64,000 nt of DNA from assembly GCA_030747505.1 (NCBI GenBank), contig JASLKQ010000002.1:17549-81548 (forward strand), written 5' to 3'. A program made the position numbers and the translations under genes. This stretch comes from Verrucomicrobiota bacterium. GTDB taxonomy: Bacteria; Verrucomicrobiota; Verrucomicrobiia; Limisphaerales; UBA1100. The notes beneath the pieces were generated by a model. It made no database searches. It was not told where the DNA came from and saw only the letters and a program-made list of their open reading frames with translations. This document shows, in pieces, positions 51,780 to 63,443 of the stretch; the stretch's first letter is position 1, and every line of letters starts with the position of its first letter.

Positions 51780-52292
51780 ATGGACCGATTGATTCTCCTA
51801 CTTGCCCGAGGTGGTGGATTGGGACTTGTGCCCAAAGCTCCAGGAACGGTTGGGACGTTGGGCGGGTATCCTCTTACATTGCTTTTATTGGTGCCGGGCA
51901 GTTTTTGGTTGTATTTGACTGGCTGCATTCTTTTGGTGCCGTTTTCTGCATGGATTTGTGGGGAAGCGGAGCGCATTCTGGATTGTGAGGATCCTGGTGA
52001 GGTGGTTTTGGACGAAATTATAGCCGTTCCCATCTGCTACCTAGGTGTGTTCGGACTCATGGCTTTCCAAGGTGAGGGCATCCCGGATTTGAGTTCGCTT
52101 TTTGACTATAAACTGTGGTGGGCTTGGGCACTGACCGGGTTCGCGCTCTTTCGTTTTTTTGATATTTGGAAGCCCGGGCCGATCGACAAAGCTCAATCGT
52201 TTCAGGACGGCTGGGGTGTGACAATGGATGATGTACTGGCAGGTCTCCTTACGAGCATAATTCTCGCTGGTGTGTATTCCGGCCTCCAATAA
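51780..52292 (+). CDS. pgpA: Phosphatidylglycerophosphatase A
   Basis: GGGLGLVPKAPGTVGTLGG, DPGEVVLDEI, FRFFDIWKPGPI, GWGVTMDDVLAG. Confidence 0.88.
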   Translation: MDRLILLLARGGGLGLVPKAPGTVGTLGGYPLTLLLLVPGSFWLYLTGCILLVPFSAWICGEAERILDCEDPGEVVLDEIIAVPICYLGVFGLMAFQGEGIPDLSSLFDYKLWWAWALTGFALFRFFDIWKPGPIDKAQSFQDGWGVTMDDVLAGLLTSIILAGVYSGLQ

Positions 52293-52314
52293 AAAAGACG
52301 GGGCTAAGCCCGTC
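52291..52314 (-). terminator. Probable Rho-independent terminator of korAB
   Basis: On the minus strand: GACGGG-CTTAGC-CCCGTC hairpin (6-bp GC-rich stem) followed by T6 (A6 at 52291-52296 on the plus strand). It lies 27 nt downstream of the korB stop. Confidence 0.55.
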
Positions 52315-52340
52315 GGTCTACAAACACTGGATTCGGACTC

Positions 52341-53234
52341 CTACTTCATCTTGTCAAAATTTTGCTGCAGGATTTCCCAGTCCTCTAGCCCCTTGGTTTT
52401 TTCAAGAAACTTTGCATTAACTTCCGCCTCTACATCCTGCTTTGTTGGCCTGCTAATTTGGTAGTAGACACCAAAGTAACCGGGTACCAGTTCTTCGGAG
52501 ATTGCATAAGCGGCGTTCTCATCTGTTGGGTCATGATCCTCAGGTAATTCTCTGAATTCTCCGCCTTTGCGTGGATTGCTGGAATCAAATGCCCCGTCAT
52601 AAAATTCGGTGCATTCGCTTAAACACTCAATGAAAGCAAAGCCTTTATGATCCATGGCGGCCTCCATCATTGCCAGCAGGTGTTTGGGGTTGGTGTGAGT
52701 GGTTCTTGCCACGAAGGTTGCACCAGCCGAGATGGCCTGTTGCATTGGGTTAATCGGTTTATCAACTGCACCCCACATGTCGGTTTTGCTCTTGAATCCG
52801 ATTGGGCTGGTTGGGGAGGTTTGTTTCTTGGTGAGGCCGTATACGTTATTGTCCATCACGCAGTAGGTGAGATTCACATTTTTTCGGGCGCAGTGATTGA
52901 AATGGTTGCCGCCAATGGAAAATGCGTCTCCATCTCCTCCGAACACGAATACATCCAGATCTTGTCGGCTCAAGGCAATGCCTGTGGCGTAGGGAAGCGC
53001 ACGACCATGGATGTAGTGTGTGCCATGCGCTTGTACAAAATAAGGGAATCTGCTGCTGCAGCCAATACCGGCCACCGTGGCAAATTTCTCGTGGTGTAAA
53101 CCCCGTTTCTGGAGGAGTTTGAAATACAAGGCTAATACCGAAAAGTCACCGCACCCCGGGCACCAGGTGGGATGGTCGGCGGCAAGTTCTTTCTTGGTGA
53201 GCGGTTTACGTTCGATGTCAGCGATTGCACTCAT
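52341..53234 (-). CDS. korB: 2-oxoacid:ferredoxin oxidoreductase beta subunit (TPP-binding)
   Basis: WCPGCGDFSVL, GIGCSSR, FVFGGDGDAFSIGGNH, YGLTKKQTSPTSP. Confidence 0.92.
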   Translation of the reverse strand: MSAIADIERKPLTKKELAADHPTWCPGCGDFSVLALYFKLLQKRGLHHEKFATVAGIGCSSRFPYFVQAHGTHYIHGRALPYATGIALSRQDLDVFVFGGDGDAFSIGGNHFNHCARKNVNLTYCVMDNNVYGLTKKQTSPTSPIGFKSKTDMWGAVDKPINPMQQAISAGATFVARTTHTNPKHLLAMMEAAMDHKGFAFIECLSECTEFYDGAFDSSNPRKGGEFRELPEDHDPTDENAAYAISEELVPGYFGVYYQISRPTKQDVEAEVNAKFLEKTKGLEDWEILQQNFDKMK

Positions 53235-53238
53235 TAAA

Positions 53239-55050
53239 CTATTTCTCCTCTAGCTTCTCCTTTACCCGTGCGAGCACGTCTTTCACGCGCCAGGTTAATC
53301 CATCAGTTTTGTTGATTCCTTCAATTTTCGGGTCGCAGAATCGTGCGCGAAGAAGAGAACAAAGTTGGCCATAGCCGTAAAGGCCTCCGTCATTGTTTTC
53401 GACCACAAACACGTGGTTGAAACCGGAGAAAATATTCTCCAGTCCTTCAGGCAGTGGATTAATATGGCGGATGGTGAGGGCAGATATGCTGTCACCATCC
53501 TTGCGCGCCTGCTCAGTAGCTTCCCGTAAACTGCCTTGTGTACTTCCCCAGCCAACGAGCAGGACATTGCCTTCGTCTGGCCCATATGCCTCGGGCTTGG
53601 GGAGATCACGACCGAGAGCCTTGAGTTTGTTATGCCGTTTGGCAGTCATGTCCAAGTGCATCTTGGGAGATCCACTGGGATGGCCCATTTCATTGTGTTC
53701 CAATCCTGTTACGACCGGGTATTTACCACTCTTAATAAAGGTTCCCGGTGCAGCATGCTGGGTGATTCCGTCGGGGGCTGAAAGGTCGTAGGGCTTGTGA
53801 TCATCGCGCGGGGTGAGATCGGGCGAGATATCCTGACAAATCTCCTTTAACTTCGGCATGCCAAAGGCCTCTATTCGGGTGGCGATGGCCTGATCTGTTA
53901 GGATGATAACGGGCGTGCTGTACTTGCGTGCAATGTTTACGGCTTCAATGGCCGTGTAGAAACAATCCTCCACACTCGAAGGAGCCAAAACCACCCGCGG
54001 AGAATCGCCGTGCCCACCGAAACACGCGATATTCAAGTCGCTTTGTTCCACATTGGTTGGCATTCCGGTGGAAGGCCCGCCGCGCTGAACATCAATTACC
54101 AGTAGTGGGATTTCTGCCATGACTGCCCAGCCTATGGCTTCACCCTTGAGAGCAATCCCGGGTCCGGAAGATCCGGTGATTGCCACGCGCCCCCCCCAAC
54201 TTGCCCCAATAGCCATGGAAACCGCTGCAATCTCATCCTCACACTGCACAAACATCCCATCATATTTTGGTAGTTCGCGCCGAAGGAGTTCCATAATATC
54301 TGACCATGGGGTAATCGGATAACCAGCTCCAAAGCGCACCCCGGCCGCAAGAATGCCGTATCCGAGGGCCTCGTTGCCGTTGGCGACCACCTGCTCGCAA
54401 TCGCGCGCTTTGGGTTCTTCAAATTCATATATCTCAGCCAGTGTGGTAAGCGGGTAGGCATGTCCGGCGTGGAATGCTGAAAGGGCGGTTTCAGTCACAC
54501 TTTCGGGCTTCCCCTTGAAGCGTTCAGCGATCAGGCCTTCAAGACGTTCGGAATCCAGGTCGAACATGCGGGCTACAAGGCCTAGTGCAAAAATATTTTT
54601 CCCCTTGTCCTTGGCGGTACCTCCAATGGCTTCGACGGTTAGTTCAGCAATGGGACAACCGATGTGCCGAAATCTTTTTTCCAACTCTGGATCAGGCTCC
54701 ACATGGGCTGTGTCATAAAGGATGATGCCGTCCTTTTTTACAAAATCAACGTGGTTATCGTAGCTGTGTTGGTAAAAGGCCATCAGCACATCGGCTTCAT
54801 CACCGGAGGTAAGGACTTCCCCGGAACTTAAGCGTACCTGAAAGATGGAGGGGCCGCCCGAGATGGTTGAAGGAATGGTCATGAAGGTCATGACTTCCTG
54901 CTCGCTCCGGCCGGCTAGTCGCGCAAGAAACCCGCCAATGGACTGGATGCCGTCCTGGGAATTTCCGGCAATCCGGATAACGGCCTCGTGAATTTTGGAG
55001 ACCTTAAGGTTGTCGCTTACGGCCTCATCGGCCGTGGGATTGTCGCTCAT
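53239..55050 (-). CDS. korA: 2-oxoacid:ferredoxin oxidoreductase alpha subunit
   Basis: GNEALGYGILAAGVRFGAGYPITPWS, GSSGPGIALKGEAIG, DVQRGGPSTGMPT. Fused gamma-like N-terminal domain. Confidence 0.92.
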   Translation of the reverse strand: MSDNPTADEAVSDNLKVSKIHEAVIRIAGNSQDGIQSIGGFLARLAGRSEQEVMTFMTIPSTISGGPSIFQVRLSSGEVLTSGDEADVLMAFYQHSYDNHVDFVKKDGIILYDTAHVEPDPELEKRFRHIGCPIAELTVEAIGGTAKDKGKNIFALGLVARMFDLDSERLEGLIAERFKGKPESVTETALSAFHAGHAYPLTTLAEIYEFEEPKARDCEQVVANGNEALGYGILAAGVRFGAGYPITPWSDIMELLRRELPKYDGMFVQCEDEIAAVSMAIGASWGGRVAITGSSGPGIALKGEAIGWAVMAEIPLLVIDVQRGGPSTGMPTNVEQSDLNIACFGGHGDSPRVVLAPSSVEDCFYTAIEAVNIARKYSTPVIILTDQAIATRIEAFGMPKLKEICQDISPDLTPRDDHKPYDLSAPDGITQHAAPGTFIKSGKYPVVTGLEHNEMGHPSGSPKMHLDMTAKRHNKLKALGRDLPKPEAYGPDEGNVLLVGWGSTQGSLREATEQARKDGDSISALTIRHINPLPEGLENIFSGFNHVFVVENNDGGLYGYGQLCSLLRARFCDPKIEGINKTDGLTWRVKDVLARVKEKLEEK

Positions 55051-55288
55051 CTATTTGAATCAACAAAAATTGCCGGCAGCTATCACGTCACGCACTCCGG
55101 CTTCCCCTCTGCATTGAGAAGATGAGCGAAGCTAACACTAAAAGTTGACCTGTCAACCGATATTCACAAAAGAAAAGCCAATTTTGTGTATGCGTTTCGA
55201 TCCTTAAATTCAGAATCCTGAAGTGATATCAGCATAGTTTTGAAGACCCTTGTGGTATATAAGGTCTGCTAATCACAATATGGTTTAT

Positions 55289-56071
55289 TCAGATGTCATT
55301 CAGTGCCCACTCAAGGCCTTCAATGACCCCGAGCCCGCAGTTGGATTGAGCGATGAAGCCGTTGATCGACCTCACGTGTTGTGCAACTTCTGGAATGGCG
55401 TTGGCTGGAGCCACAATCCATTGGGCACAATCGGGTTGCAGCATGGATACATCATTCCAATGATCTCCAGCTGCCAAAACGCCATCGCAGGGGATGTTGA
55501 GAAGTCGGGTTATCTCCTTGAGCGCAGTCCCTTTAGTATATTCGGTATGTGAAAGGCGTGCATAAACATCGTTTCTTACAAAGCTCAGCAGTGGTTCATC
55601 AGCGAACTTCTTCTCCACGTACTCTTGGATTTCATCGGCATCCGGGTTGTTGCCGGCAATCAGGCAAAAGGGGGACCATTTGTCTTCATACACATTGGCG
55701 GTGAAATGGAGGTTTACCCATTCAAAAATCTCCGGTAAGCGGTCTGCAATATGAGCGAACAGGGCTGCTTGCGCAGCTGCGCACCGTTCATTCCATTCAT
55801 TGTGAGGGATGAATTCATCTCCTTCATACCGGTAGATATCCCGCTCCACGACAACCACGTAATCCGGATAAACCGAGAGATCTGATTTATCGAGTCCATA
55901 CTGCAAATCCTCCAGGGTGCGGCCGGTATTGATGATCCATTTTACTCCGTTAGCCTGCAATTCTCTGAGTTTTTCCTGAAGGGCTATGGGGACGGCTGGC
56001 TCAGTAAAGTCTGAATGCAGGGTGCCATCGAAATCGGTGCAAATAAGTTGGAGTTGGGGGGTGGCGGGCAT
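55289..56071 (-). CDS. HAD-IIB (Cof/sucrose-phosphatase-like) hydrolase
   Basis: LICTDFDGTL (motif I), INTGRT (motif II), AAGDHWND (motif IV-like). I prefer the ATG at 56071 to the GTG at 56107. Confidence 0.75.
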   Translation of the reverse strand: MPATPQLQLICTDFDGTLHSDFTEPAVPIALQEKLRELQANGVKWIINTGRTLEDLQYGLDKSDLSVYPDYVVVVERDIYRYEGDEFIPHNEWNERCAAAQAALFAHIADRLPEIFEWVNLHFTANVYEDKWSPFCLIAGNNPDADEIQEYVEKKFADEPLLSFVRNDVYARLSHTEYTKGTALKEITRLLNIPCDGVLAAGDHWNDVSMLQPDCAQWIVAPANAIPEVAQHVRSINGFIAQSNCGLGVIEGLEWALNDI

Positions 56072-56197
56072 GGTTAGGCCTTGTGCGGGTGAGTGAATCG
56101 ACCCCACAATGCGGTGTCAAAATTAAAGCACTGGCAAGAGACCCATTAAATGTAAATATTGGATTAAAGGAACAACTGAGAAGAGGAATCAACTGAT

Positions 56198-56473
56198 ATG
56201 AAAAGTGCCTATGAACTGGCGATGGAGAAACTGCAAAAACAGTCGCCCGACCAATCCCTGAGTGACGAGAAGAAGGCCGAATTGGCTGAGCTCGATAATT
56301 TGTACAAATCCAAACTGGCCGAGCGAGAGGTTTTCCTTGGGGGCAAGCTTGCTGAGGCCGAGGCATCGGGTGACTTTGAGACACTGGAACAGTTGCAGCG
56401 TGAACTGGCTTCAGACAGGAAAACGCTGGAGTCGGAGCTGGAAGAAAAAAAGGAAGAGGTCAGAAACGCTTAA
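56198..56473 (+). CDS. Hypothetical small coiled-coil protein
   Basis: 91-aa charged helical ORF (MKSAYELAMEKLQKQ...). Good coding periodicity, but no family recognised. Confidence 0.45.
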   Translation: MKSAYELAMEKLQKQSPDQSLSDEKKAELAELDNLYKSKLAEREVFLGGKLAEAEASGDFETLEQLQRELASDRKTLESELEEKKEEVRNA

Positions 56474-56475
56474 GT

Positions 56476-57030
56476 TTATTCCAGCGCAAAGAACTGCAGG
56501 GCTGCTATAATAATGGAGTGTCGGATTTTTCCTTCCTTAATCATTTGTGGTAGATCATCGGCTTTAACTAAAACTGTTACGAGATCTTCACCCGCATCAA
56601 ACTGCACTTCATTGGTGAGTTGGCAGTTTTCAACCAGAATGGTATGGACACGGTTATTCATGATGGCCGGGTTGGCAAAGCATTCCCCAATCTTTCGGGA
56701 ATTTTGCCCGGTGTAGCCGGTTTCCTCTGCCAGTTCACGCACTGCAGTGGCAACTGGATCGGTTTCACCCGGGTCCATCATGCCGCCGGGGATTTCCAGT
56801 TCCACCGTTTCTGAACCCTGACGGTATTGCTCCACGAAAACCACTTCGCGTTCAGGGGTTAGAGCAATAATATTAACCCAGTCAGGGCACTCCATCACCA
56901 CCATCTTGTGTTCAGCACCGGTGCGGGGGTTAACGGTATTGTCCTCCCGAATTTTGAAGATGCGATGGTCGCTGATAAGCCGGCTATGACGTTTTTCCCA
57001 TTTTCGAACAGTGGGATCGGGTTCGGGCAT
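56476..57030 (-). CDS. NUDIX hydrolase (ADP-ribose pyrophosphatase-like)
   Basis: Nudix box GGMMDPGETDPVATAVRELAEETG. Confidence 0.85.
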   Translation of the reverse strand: MPEPDPTVRKWEKRHSRLISDHRIFKIREDNTVNPRTGAEHKMVVMECPDWVNIIALTPEREVVFVEQYRQGSETVELEIPGGMMDPGETDPVATAVRELAEETGYTGQNSRKIGECFANPAIMNNRVHTILVENCQLTNEVQFDAGEDLVTVLVKADDLPQMIKEGKIRHSIIIAALQFFALE

Positions 57031-57227
57031 TACTTGTTGCGCTCATCGTGAGCGGTTTTCATGAGGGTTAAAAGATGGAGTAGGGCCTGCTCGTAAGTGC
57101 GTTTGCCTTGCTCAGCTAGTTGATGTGCGCGCTTGTCCAATTGGATTGCCATCTCAGGAGCCTTGTCATCAGGAACACCGAGTTGCTGTAGGGCCTGCTC
57201 CAGAGCCGCCTGCTCGCCCCGGGTCAT
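57030..57227 (-). CDS. Hypothetical small helical protein
   Basis: 65-aa ORF translationally coupled on both sides: ATGA overlap with the ppiB stop and TAATG overlap with the NUDIX start. Confidence 0.45.
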   Translation of the reverse strand: MTRGEQAALEQALQQLGVPDDKAPEMAIQLDKRAHQLAEQGKRTYEQALLHLLTLMKTAHDERNK

Positions 57228-57751
57228 TCCACACCGGCATCAGCTCGGGAAACAATCGTGATAGAAAGGACATCCTGCCGCTCTTCAGGCCGGCTGTTTT
57301 CTCCTCCCCCACCGCAAGGTACTTCTCCTAGCGCATCAAGCACATCCTCGCCCTTGATCAGTTCGCCGAAACAGGTGTACTGGTTGTCCAGAAAATTAGC
57401 GGGTGCCAGACAGATGAAAAACTGACTTCCCGCTGAATCCGGGTCAGAGGATCGGGCCATGGAGAGAACTCCCTTGTTGTGAGGGCGATCGCTGAATTCT
57501 GCGTCGATTTTATAGCCTGGGTCACCAGTGCCCCACCGGCCTTCTTCAGAGGGATCCTTGGTGAGTGGGTCGCCACCCTGAACCATGAAACCCTTGACGA
57601 TTCTATGAAAACAGGTGCCGTCATAGAACGCGTCATTGGCCAGTTTCTTGAAATTCTCCACGGTCTTTGGTGCGGTCTCCGACCAAAATTCAACAACCAT
57701 TTCCCCTTTACCGGTGCTGATTACTGCGACTTCATCGTTGGCTTCACTCAT
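57224..57751 (-). CDS. ppiB: Cytosolic cyclophilin-type peptidyl-prolyl cis-trans isomerase
   Basis: [55 protein letters not shown] prefer the ATG at 57751 (MSEANDE). Confidence 0.9.
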   Translation of the reverse strand: MSEANDEVAVISTGKGEMVVEFWSETAPKTVENFKKLANDAFYDGTCFHRIVKGFMVQGGDPLTKDPSEEGRWGTGDPGYKIDAEFSDRPHNKGVLSMARSSDPDSAGSQFFICLAPANFLDNQYTCFGELIKGEDVLDALGEVPCGGGGENSRPEERQDVLSITIVSRADAGVE

Positions 57752-57843
57752 CGGCGGGAAACTCGCGTGAACGCGTCGATTTGCCAAGTCAAAACACAGA
57801 AAAGACTCGCCAGCAGCGATCAATCCGCTTTCATGGGGCCCCT

Positions 57844-59439
57844 ATGCGTACCAATTTTTTTCTGAACACTATTATTTTTGCGCTTTTTTGCTCGGGCCTT
57901 TTTGTCGGTTGCGGAAAGGAAGAACCTGCTGGAGGATCTCCCCAGGCAGGTGTCCAAACGGGAAAATCCCAGAGTCCAGCTGGTTCTCCAGATGTCTCAC
58001 CGGAAGCCAAACAAGAACCTCAACCGTTGGATGATGGGCTGTTTGCAGAAATAGAAACCACAAAGGGGAAAATTCGGTTGAAGCTGGAGTTCGAGAAGAC
58101 GCCACAGACCGTCGCTAACTTTGTGGGACTGGCTGAAGGAACAAAATTTTATTCAACCGATGGGAGTGAACCCAAGGATCAAAAAGGCAAGCCCTACTTC
58201 AATGGCCTCAATTTCCACCGTGTGATTGCCGATTTCATGATTCAAGGCGGATGCCCACTGGGCACTGGAACTGGCGGTCCAGGGTATAATTTTGATGATG
58301 AGATTGATGCCACACTCAAGCATTCGAGCTCCGGGGTTTTCTCCATGGCCAATGCCGGTCCCGGAACCAATGGAAGCCAGTTTTTTATTACGCATCGCGC
58401 CACTCCACACTTGGACGGGAAGCATACCGTTTTTGGGAAAGTTGTAGATGCTACCGATCAGGCCGTAGTGAATGCTATTGTTAAAGGCGACAAGATCAAC
58501 AGCGTAACAATCATCCGTAATGGCGACAAAGCGAAGGCTTTTAAAGGGGATGAAGCGCACTTCAATAAATTCGCCGGGGAAAGTAAGAAGCGGCAGGCCG
58601 AGAAGGAAAAAACTGAGCAAGCTAGGTTTGCAGAAAAAATGAAACAGGAAGCAGAGCAAATCAAAACACTACTGGCTACGCTTGAGGAAAAGCATAACGC
58701 AAAAGTCATTTCAGCAACCAACGGTTTGCGCCATATTATCACCAAGCTTGGCTCGGGCGATATGCCTGCGAAAGGCGACAAGCTTAAGGTGAATATCGTA
58801 TTTAAGTTGGCTGATGGAAAAGTGATTGATGATACCCGTAAAAACGAGGCTCCCCTCAAGGTGCCTGTTGGAGCGCCAATGCGACTGAAAGGTTTGGAGC
58901 AGGGCTTGAAAGGTATGAAGAATGGCGAGCAGCGCACAGTAGTCGTTCCCCACGAACTGGGCTTTGGCGCTGCCGGGGCGGGACAGGATATACCGCCTTA
59001 CTCAACCTTGATATTCGAGTTGGAGATTATTGACGTTCAATCAGATAAAAAACAAATTGCTGGGATCATTGCAAAACTGAAAAAAGACCACCCGAAGTCT
59101 GATTTGATCACCACTGAGAGTGGACTGCAGTATGTGAGGACAAAGGAGGGGGCAGGTGAAAAGGCCGGCAAGGGGAAAAAAATTAAGGCACATTATACCG
59201 GCAAACTACTGGACGGGACCGAGTTTGACAGCTCGGTTAAGCGTAGGATGCCTTTTGAATTTGTTGTTGGAACCGGTCAGGTCATCAAGGGCTGGGATGA
59301 AGCGTTGAGTGACATGAAAAAAGGGGAGAAACGCACCCTAATTATTCCCTCTGAGTTGGCCTATGGGGAAAGAGGGAGTCCCCCTAAGATTCCCCCGTCC
59401 TCTACACTTGTGTTTGAAGTGGAATTAGTGGATTTTTAG
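57844..59439 (+). CDS. Lipoprotein dual-family immunophilin: cyclophilin + degenerate FKBP + canonical FKBP
   Basis: Lipobox [23 protein letters not shown]. Cyclophilin [25 protein letters not shown]...[39 protein letters not shown]...[32 protein letters not shown]. Confidence 0.88.
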   Translation: MRTNFFLNTIIFALFCSGLFVGCGKEEPAGGSPQAGVQTGKSQSPAGSPDVSPEAKQEPQPLDDGLFAEIETTKGKIRLKLEFEKTPQTVANFVGLAEGTKFYSTDGSEPKDQKGKPYFNGLNFHRVIADFMIQGGCPLGTGTGGPGYNFDDEIDATLKHSSSGVFSMANAGPGTNGSQFFITHRATPHLDGKHTVFGKVVDATDQAVVNAIVKGDKINSVTIIRNGDKAKAFKGDEAHFNKFAGESKKRQAEKEKTEQARFAEKMKQEAEQIKTLLATLEEKHNAKVISATNGLRHIITKLGSGDMPAKGDKLKVNIVFKLADGKVIDDTRKNEAPLKVPVGAPMRLKGLEQGLKGMKNGEQRTVVVPHELGFGAAGAGQDIPPYSTLIFELEIIDVQSDKKQIAGIIAKLKKDHPKSDLITTESGLQYVRTKEGAGEKAGKGKKIKAHYTGKLLDGTEFDSSVKRRMPFEFVVGTGQVIKGWDEALSDMKKGEKRTLIIPSELAYGERGSPPKIPPSSTLVFEVELVDF

Positions 59440-59445
59440 ACCGTG

Positions 59446-60498
<1,053 letters not shown>

Positions 60499-60636
60499 GA
60501 TTTGACTCTTCTTTTTGGTAACTAAAAAAAGCTGCGATGCTGTTTTTGGTCCATACTTTCTGGCAAGACGACTGGCTCATGCGCAGCACGTTTTTGCTGA
60601 CAGGCCAAGGCTGACTCGCTAGATTGCCCTTCTCCC

Positions 60637-61383
60637 ATGCATAAAGTTGTTTTACTTCGACATGGTCAGTCCCAATGGAATCTGGAAAACCGGTTCACCG
60701 GTTGGCATGATGTGGACCTGACTGATCAAGGCCGCGCAGAAGCTTTGGCTGCGGGCAAGGTTCTCAAGGAGAACGGGTTTGTCTTTGATAAAGCCCACAC
60801 TTCGGTTCTCAAGCGGGCGATCAGAACCCTATGGATTGCCCTAGACGAGATGGATCAGATGTGGCTGCCCGTCCGTCGGAACTGGCGTTTAAACGAACGT
60901 CATTACGGGGCTCTTCAAGGCCTTAATAAGGCTGAGACAGCAGAGAAACATGGTGAGGAACAAGTGCTCATCTGGCGTCGTTCTTACGATATTCCGCCGC
61001 CCGCGCTTGAGAAGGAGGATGAGCGCTATCCCGGGAATGACCCGCGTTATACCGACTTGATTGAAGATCAGTTGCCCCTTACTGAGTGCCTCAAGGATAC
61101 AGTGGACCGTTTCCTGCCTTATTGGCATGAATCCATTGCGCCGGAAATCAAGGAAGGGAAACGCATTATTATTGCCGCCCATGGCAACAGCCTGCGGGCT
61201 CTGGTGAAATATCTTGATGATCTTTCGGAGGAAGAGGTGCTTAAGCTTAACATCCCCACGGGAATGCCCTTGGTTTATGAGTTGGATGAGGAGCTCAGGC
61301 CGATAAAAAACTATTATCTTGGAGATGAAGATGCAGTGAAGGCAGCAATGGAATCGGTGGCCAACCAGGGTAAAGCCAAATAA
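60637..61383 (+). CDS. gpmA: 2,3-bisphosphoglycerate-dependent phosphoglycerate mutase
   Basis: [56 protein letters not shown]. Confidence 0.95.
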   Translation: MHKVVLLRHGQSQWNLENRFTGWHDVDLTDQGRAEALAAGKVLKENGFVFDKAHTSVLKRAIRTLWIALDEMDQMWLPVRRNWRLNERHYGALQGLNKAETAEKHGEEQVLIWRRSYDIPPPALEKEDERYPGNDPRYTDLIEDQLPLTECLKDTVDRFLPYWHESIAPEIKEGKRIIIAAHGNSLRALVKYLDDLSEEEVLKLNIPTGMPLVYELDEELRPIKNYYLGDEDAVKAAMESVANQGKAK

Positions 61384-61389
61384 TAGCCG

Positions 61390-62142
61390 ATGAAGGCGGT
61401 TATCCTCGCTGCTGGCAAAGGCACCCGGATGGGGGAACTCACCGATGAGACGCCCAAGCCAATGTTGCCGGTTGAAGGTCGACCGATTCTCGAGCACGTT
61501 GTCACGGGCCTGCGAGAGGTAGGCATTACCGAATTCTGTATAATCACGGGCTGGAAGGCCGAAGTAATTGAAGATTATTTTGGGGATGGAACTGATCTAC
61601 AGGTGACTATCACCTACGTAAGGCAGGAGGTGCAGGATGGGACCGGAAAGGCTCCGGAATTGGCCAAAGAGTTTGTGGAGGATGCGTCTTTTCTTCTTAC
61701 CTATGGTGATATTCTTGTAAAGCCCGATACATATCAGCAGATGATTGGGCGATGGGCAGAAGACGAGTTTTCAGGATTAGTTACGGTAACTGGTAGTCAG
61801 GACGTGACGAAGGGTGGTTTATTTTTCTTTGATCAGCACTTCCATCTCCAGCATCTGGTGGAGAAACCTTCAGCGGGTCAATTGGATGAACTTCGGGCCT
61901 CCGGATGGCTAAAGGGAGGGGACCCTGTTTGGTACAATGCAGGGATTTACTGTTTTACCCCTCAACTTTTCAATTATACAGCGCAGCTGGAGAAATCATC
62001 CCGGGGGGAGTACGAATTGACTGATGCGCTCTGCGCGATGTTGACCGCTGGGCACCCGATAGCCGGATTATCCATAACCGGACGATGGGTGGATGTTCGT
62101 GATCCGGATGTGTTGCAGGCTTTACAAGAGTCGGCGGAATGA
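61390..62142 (+). CDS. Sugar-phosphate nucleotidyltransferase (NTP_transferase family)
   Basis: MKAVILAAGKGTRMGELTDETPKPMLPV, typical of the G1P nucleotidyltransferase fold. The substrate cannot be assigned. Confidence 0.75.
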   Translation: MKAVILAAGKGTRMGELTDETPKPMLPVEGRPILEHVVTGLREVGITEFCIITGWKAEVIEDYFGDGTDLQVTITYVRQEVQDGTGKAPELAKEFVEDASFLLTYGDILVKPDTYQQMIGRWAEDEFSGLVTVTGSQDVTKGGLFFFDQHFHLQHLVEKPSAGQLDELRASGWLKGGDPVWYNAGIYCFTPQLFNYTAQLEKSSRGEYELTDALCAMLTAGHPIAGLSITGRWVDVRDPDVLQALQESAE

Positions 62143-63215
62143 CTTTTACTCCCGCTTCCGTGCAAAAAGTTACTGATACACGTGTTGTTTCCTCATTACC
62201 ATTACCCAGCCCTGCCGAGCTGGCGGTTGAACTCCCGCGCACTGAGAAGCAGATAGAGTTTGTGGGGCAAACCCGTCGTGAGATTCATGACATTATTCAC
62301 CGAAAGGATCAGCGTTTGATGGTGGTTGTGGGTCCCTGCTCGATTCACGATTTGAAGGCAGGGCGTGAATATGCAGCAAAATTAAATAAATTGGCCGAAG
62401 AATTGCGTGATCGGATGCTTATTTTGATGCGCGTCTATTTTGAGAAGCCTCGGACGACCACCGGCTGGAAGGGCTTGATCATGGATCCGCACCTGAATGG
62501 AACCTGCGATATCCCTGCGGGTTTGCGTATTGCCCGTCAATTCCTCGGTGACGTTCTGGACCTGGGTGTTCCAACGGCTACTGAGTTATTGGATCCGATT
62601 ACTCCTCAATACATTGCCGATTCACTCTGTTGGGCAGCCATTGGGGCGCGGACAGTGGAAAGTCAAACGCACCGACAAATGGCCAGTGGCTTATCCATGC
62701 CTGTGGGCTTCAAGAATTCAACAGCCGGGGACTGTGAGGTGGCAGTCAATGCCATCGTGGCCGCCACCTCAGAACAGACTTTTTTGGGAATCACACATGA
62801 GGGTCAGGCGAGTGCCGTGACAACCAGTGGCAATCCAGATTGCCAAATTATTCTGCGTGGAGGGAGTGGTGGTCCAAATTATTCAGCCGAACATGTTGCT
62901 GAGGCTGTGGGTAATGCCGAGAAATCCGGTGTGAGTCCATCACTCATGATTGACTGCAGTCATGGGAATAGCGGTAAAGACCCTGAGCGTCAGCCGCTCA
63001 TTTTGGAAGATATTGTAAAGCAGGTTGCCAGTGGTCATGACCATATTCACTCGGTGATGCTTGAAAGCAACCTTAAGGGAGGCAGTCAGCAGGTGCCCGC
63101 TGACTTGAATGAGCTAGAGTACGGTGTGAGTATTACTGACGGATGTTTGGGTTGGGAAACCACAGAAAAAGCACTGCGCGAAACCCACGCAGTGCTTGCT
63201 GGCCGAAGCCAATAA
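62139..63215 (+). CDS. aroG: 3-deoxy-7-phosphoheptulonate (DAHP) synthase, class I
   Basis: VVGPCSIHD, RVYFEKPRTTTGWKGLIMDP, DCSHGNS. 4-nt overlap with the upstream gene. Confidence 0.92.
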   Translation: MTFTPASVQKVTDTRVVSSLPLPSPAELAVELPRTEKQIEFVGQTRREIHDIIHRKDQRLMVVVGPCSIHDLKAGREYAAKLNKLAEELRDRMLILMRVYFEKPRTTTGWKGLIMDPHLNGTCDIPAGLRIARQFLGDVLDLGVPTATELLDPITPQYIADSLCWAAIGARTVESQTHRQMASGLSMPVGFKNSTAGDCEVAVNAIVAATSEQTFLGITHEGQASAVTTSGNPDCQIILRGGSGGPNYSAEHVAEAVGNAEKSGVSPSLMIDCSHGNSGKDPERQPLILEDIVKQVASGHDHIHSVMLESNLKGGSQQVPADLNELEYGVSITDGCLGWETTEKALRETHAVLAGRSQ

Positions 63216-63234
63216 AATCTTATTCGAGCAACTT

Positions 63235-63393
63235 TTACTCGGTGTTTGAAGGGGTAGCACCTTCCTCTCCTTCAGGAGGCATACCACCGGAGGGTTCTTC
63301 AACCGGTGCGGCTTCCCCCTCACCTGGCTCTGAGGAGCAGGCAGGGAACAGTAAAAAAGGGAGAGCTAAACTCAATAACCAGATTTTTTTCAT
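63235..63393 (-). CDS. Putative small acidic lipoprotein (52 aa), absent from the ORF track
   Basis: My own translation: MKKIWLLSLALPFLLFPACSSEPGEGEAAPVEEPSGGMPPEGEEGATPSNTE. It has a signal peptide with lipobox FPAC. It lies 50 nt downstream of tig on the same strand. Confidence 0.4.
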   Translation of the reverse strand: MKKIWLLSLALPFLLFPACSSEPGEGEAAPVEEPSGGMPPEGEEGATPSNTE

Positions 63394-63443
63394 CGCCCGG
63401 AGTCTACCTATGGGTTGAATTTCGTCAACCCTTTGTGTGTGGA

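Noticed and set aside
60889-61497. 202-aa minus-strand ORF
   Set aside because: It is antisense to gpmA and to the start of the nucleotidyltransferase gene, and it has no motifs.
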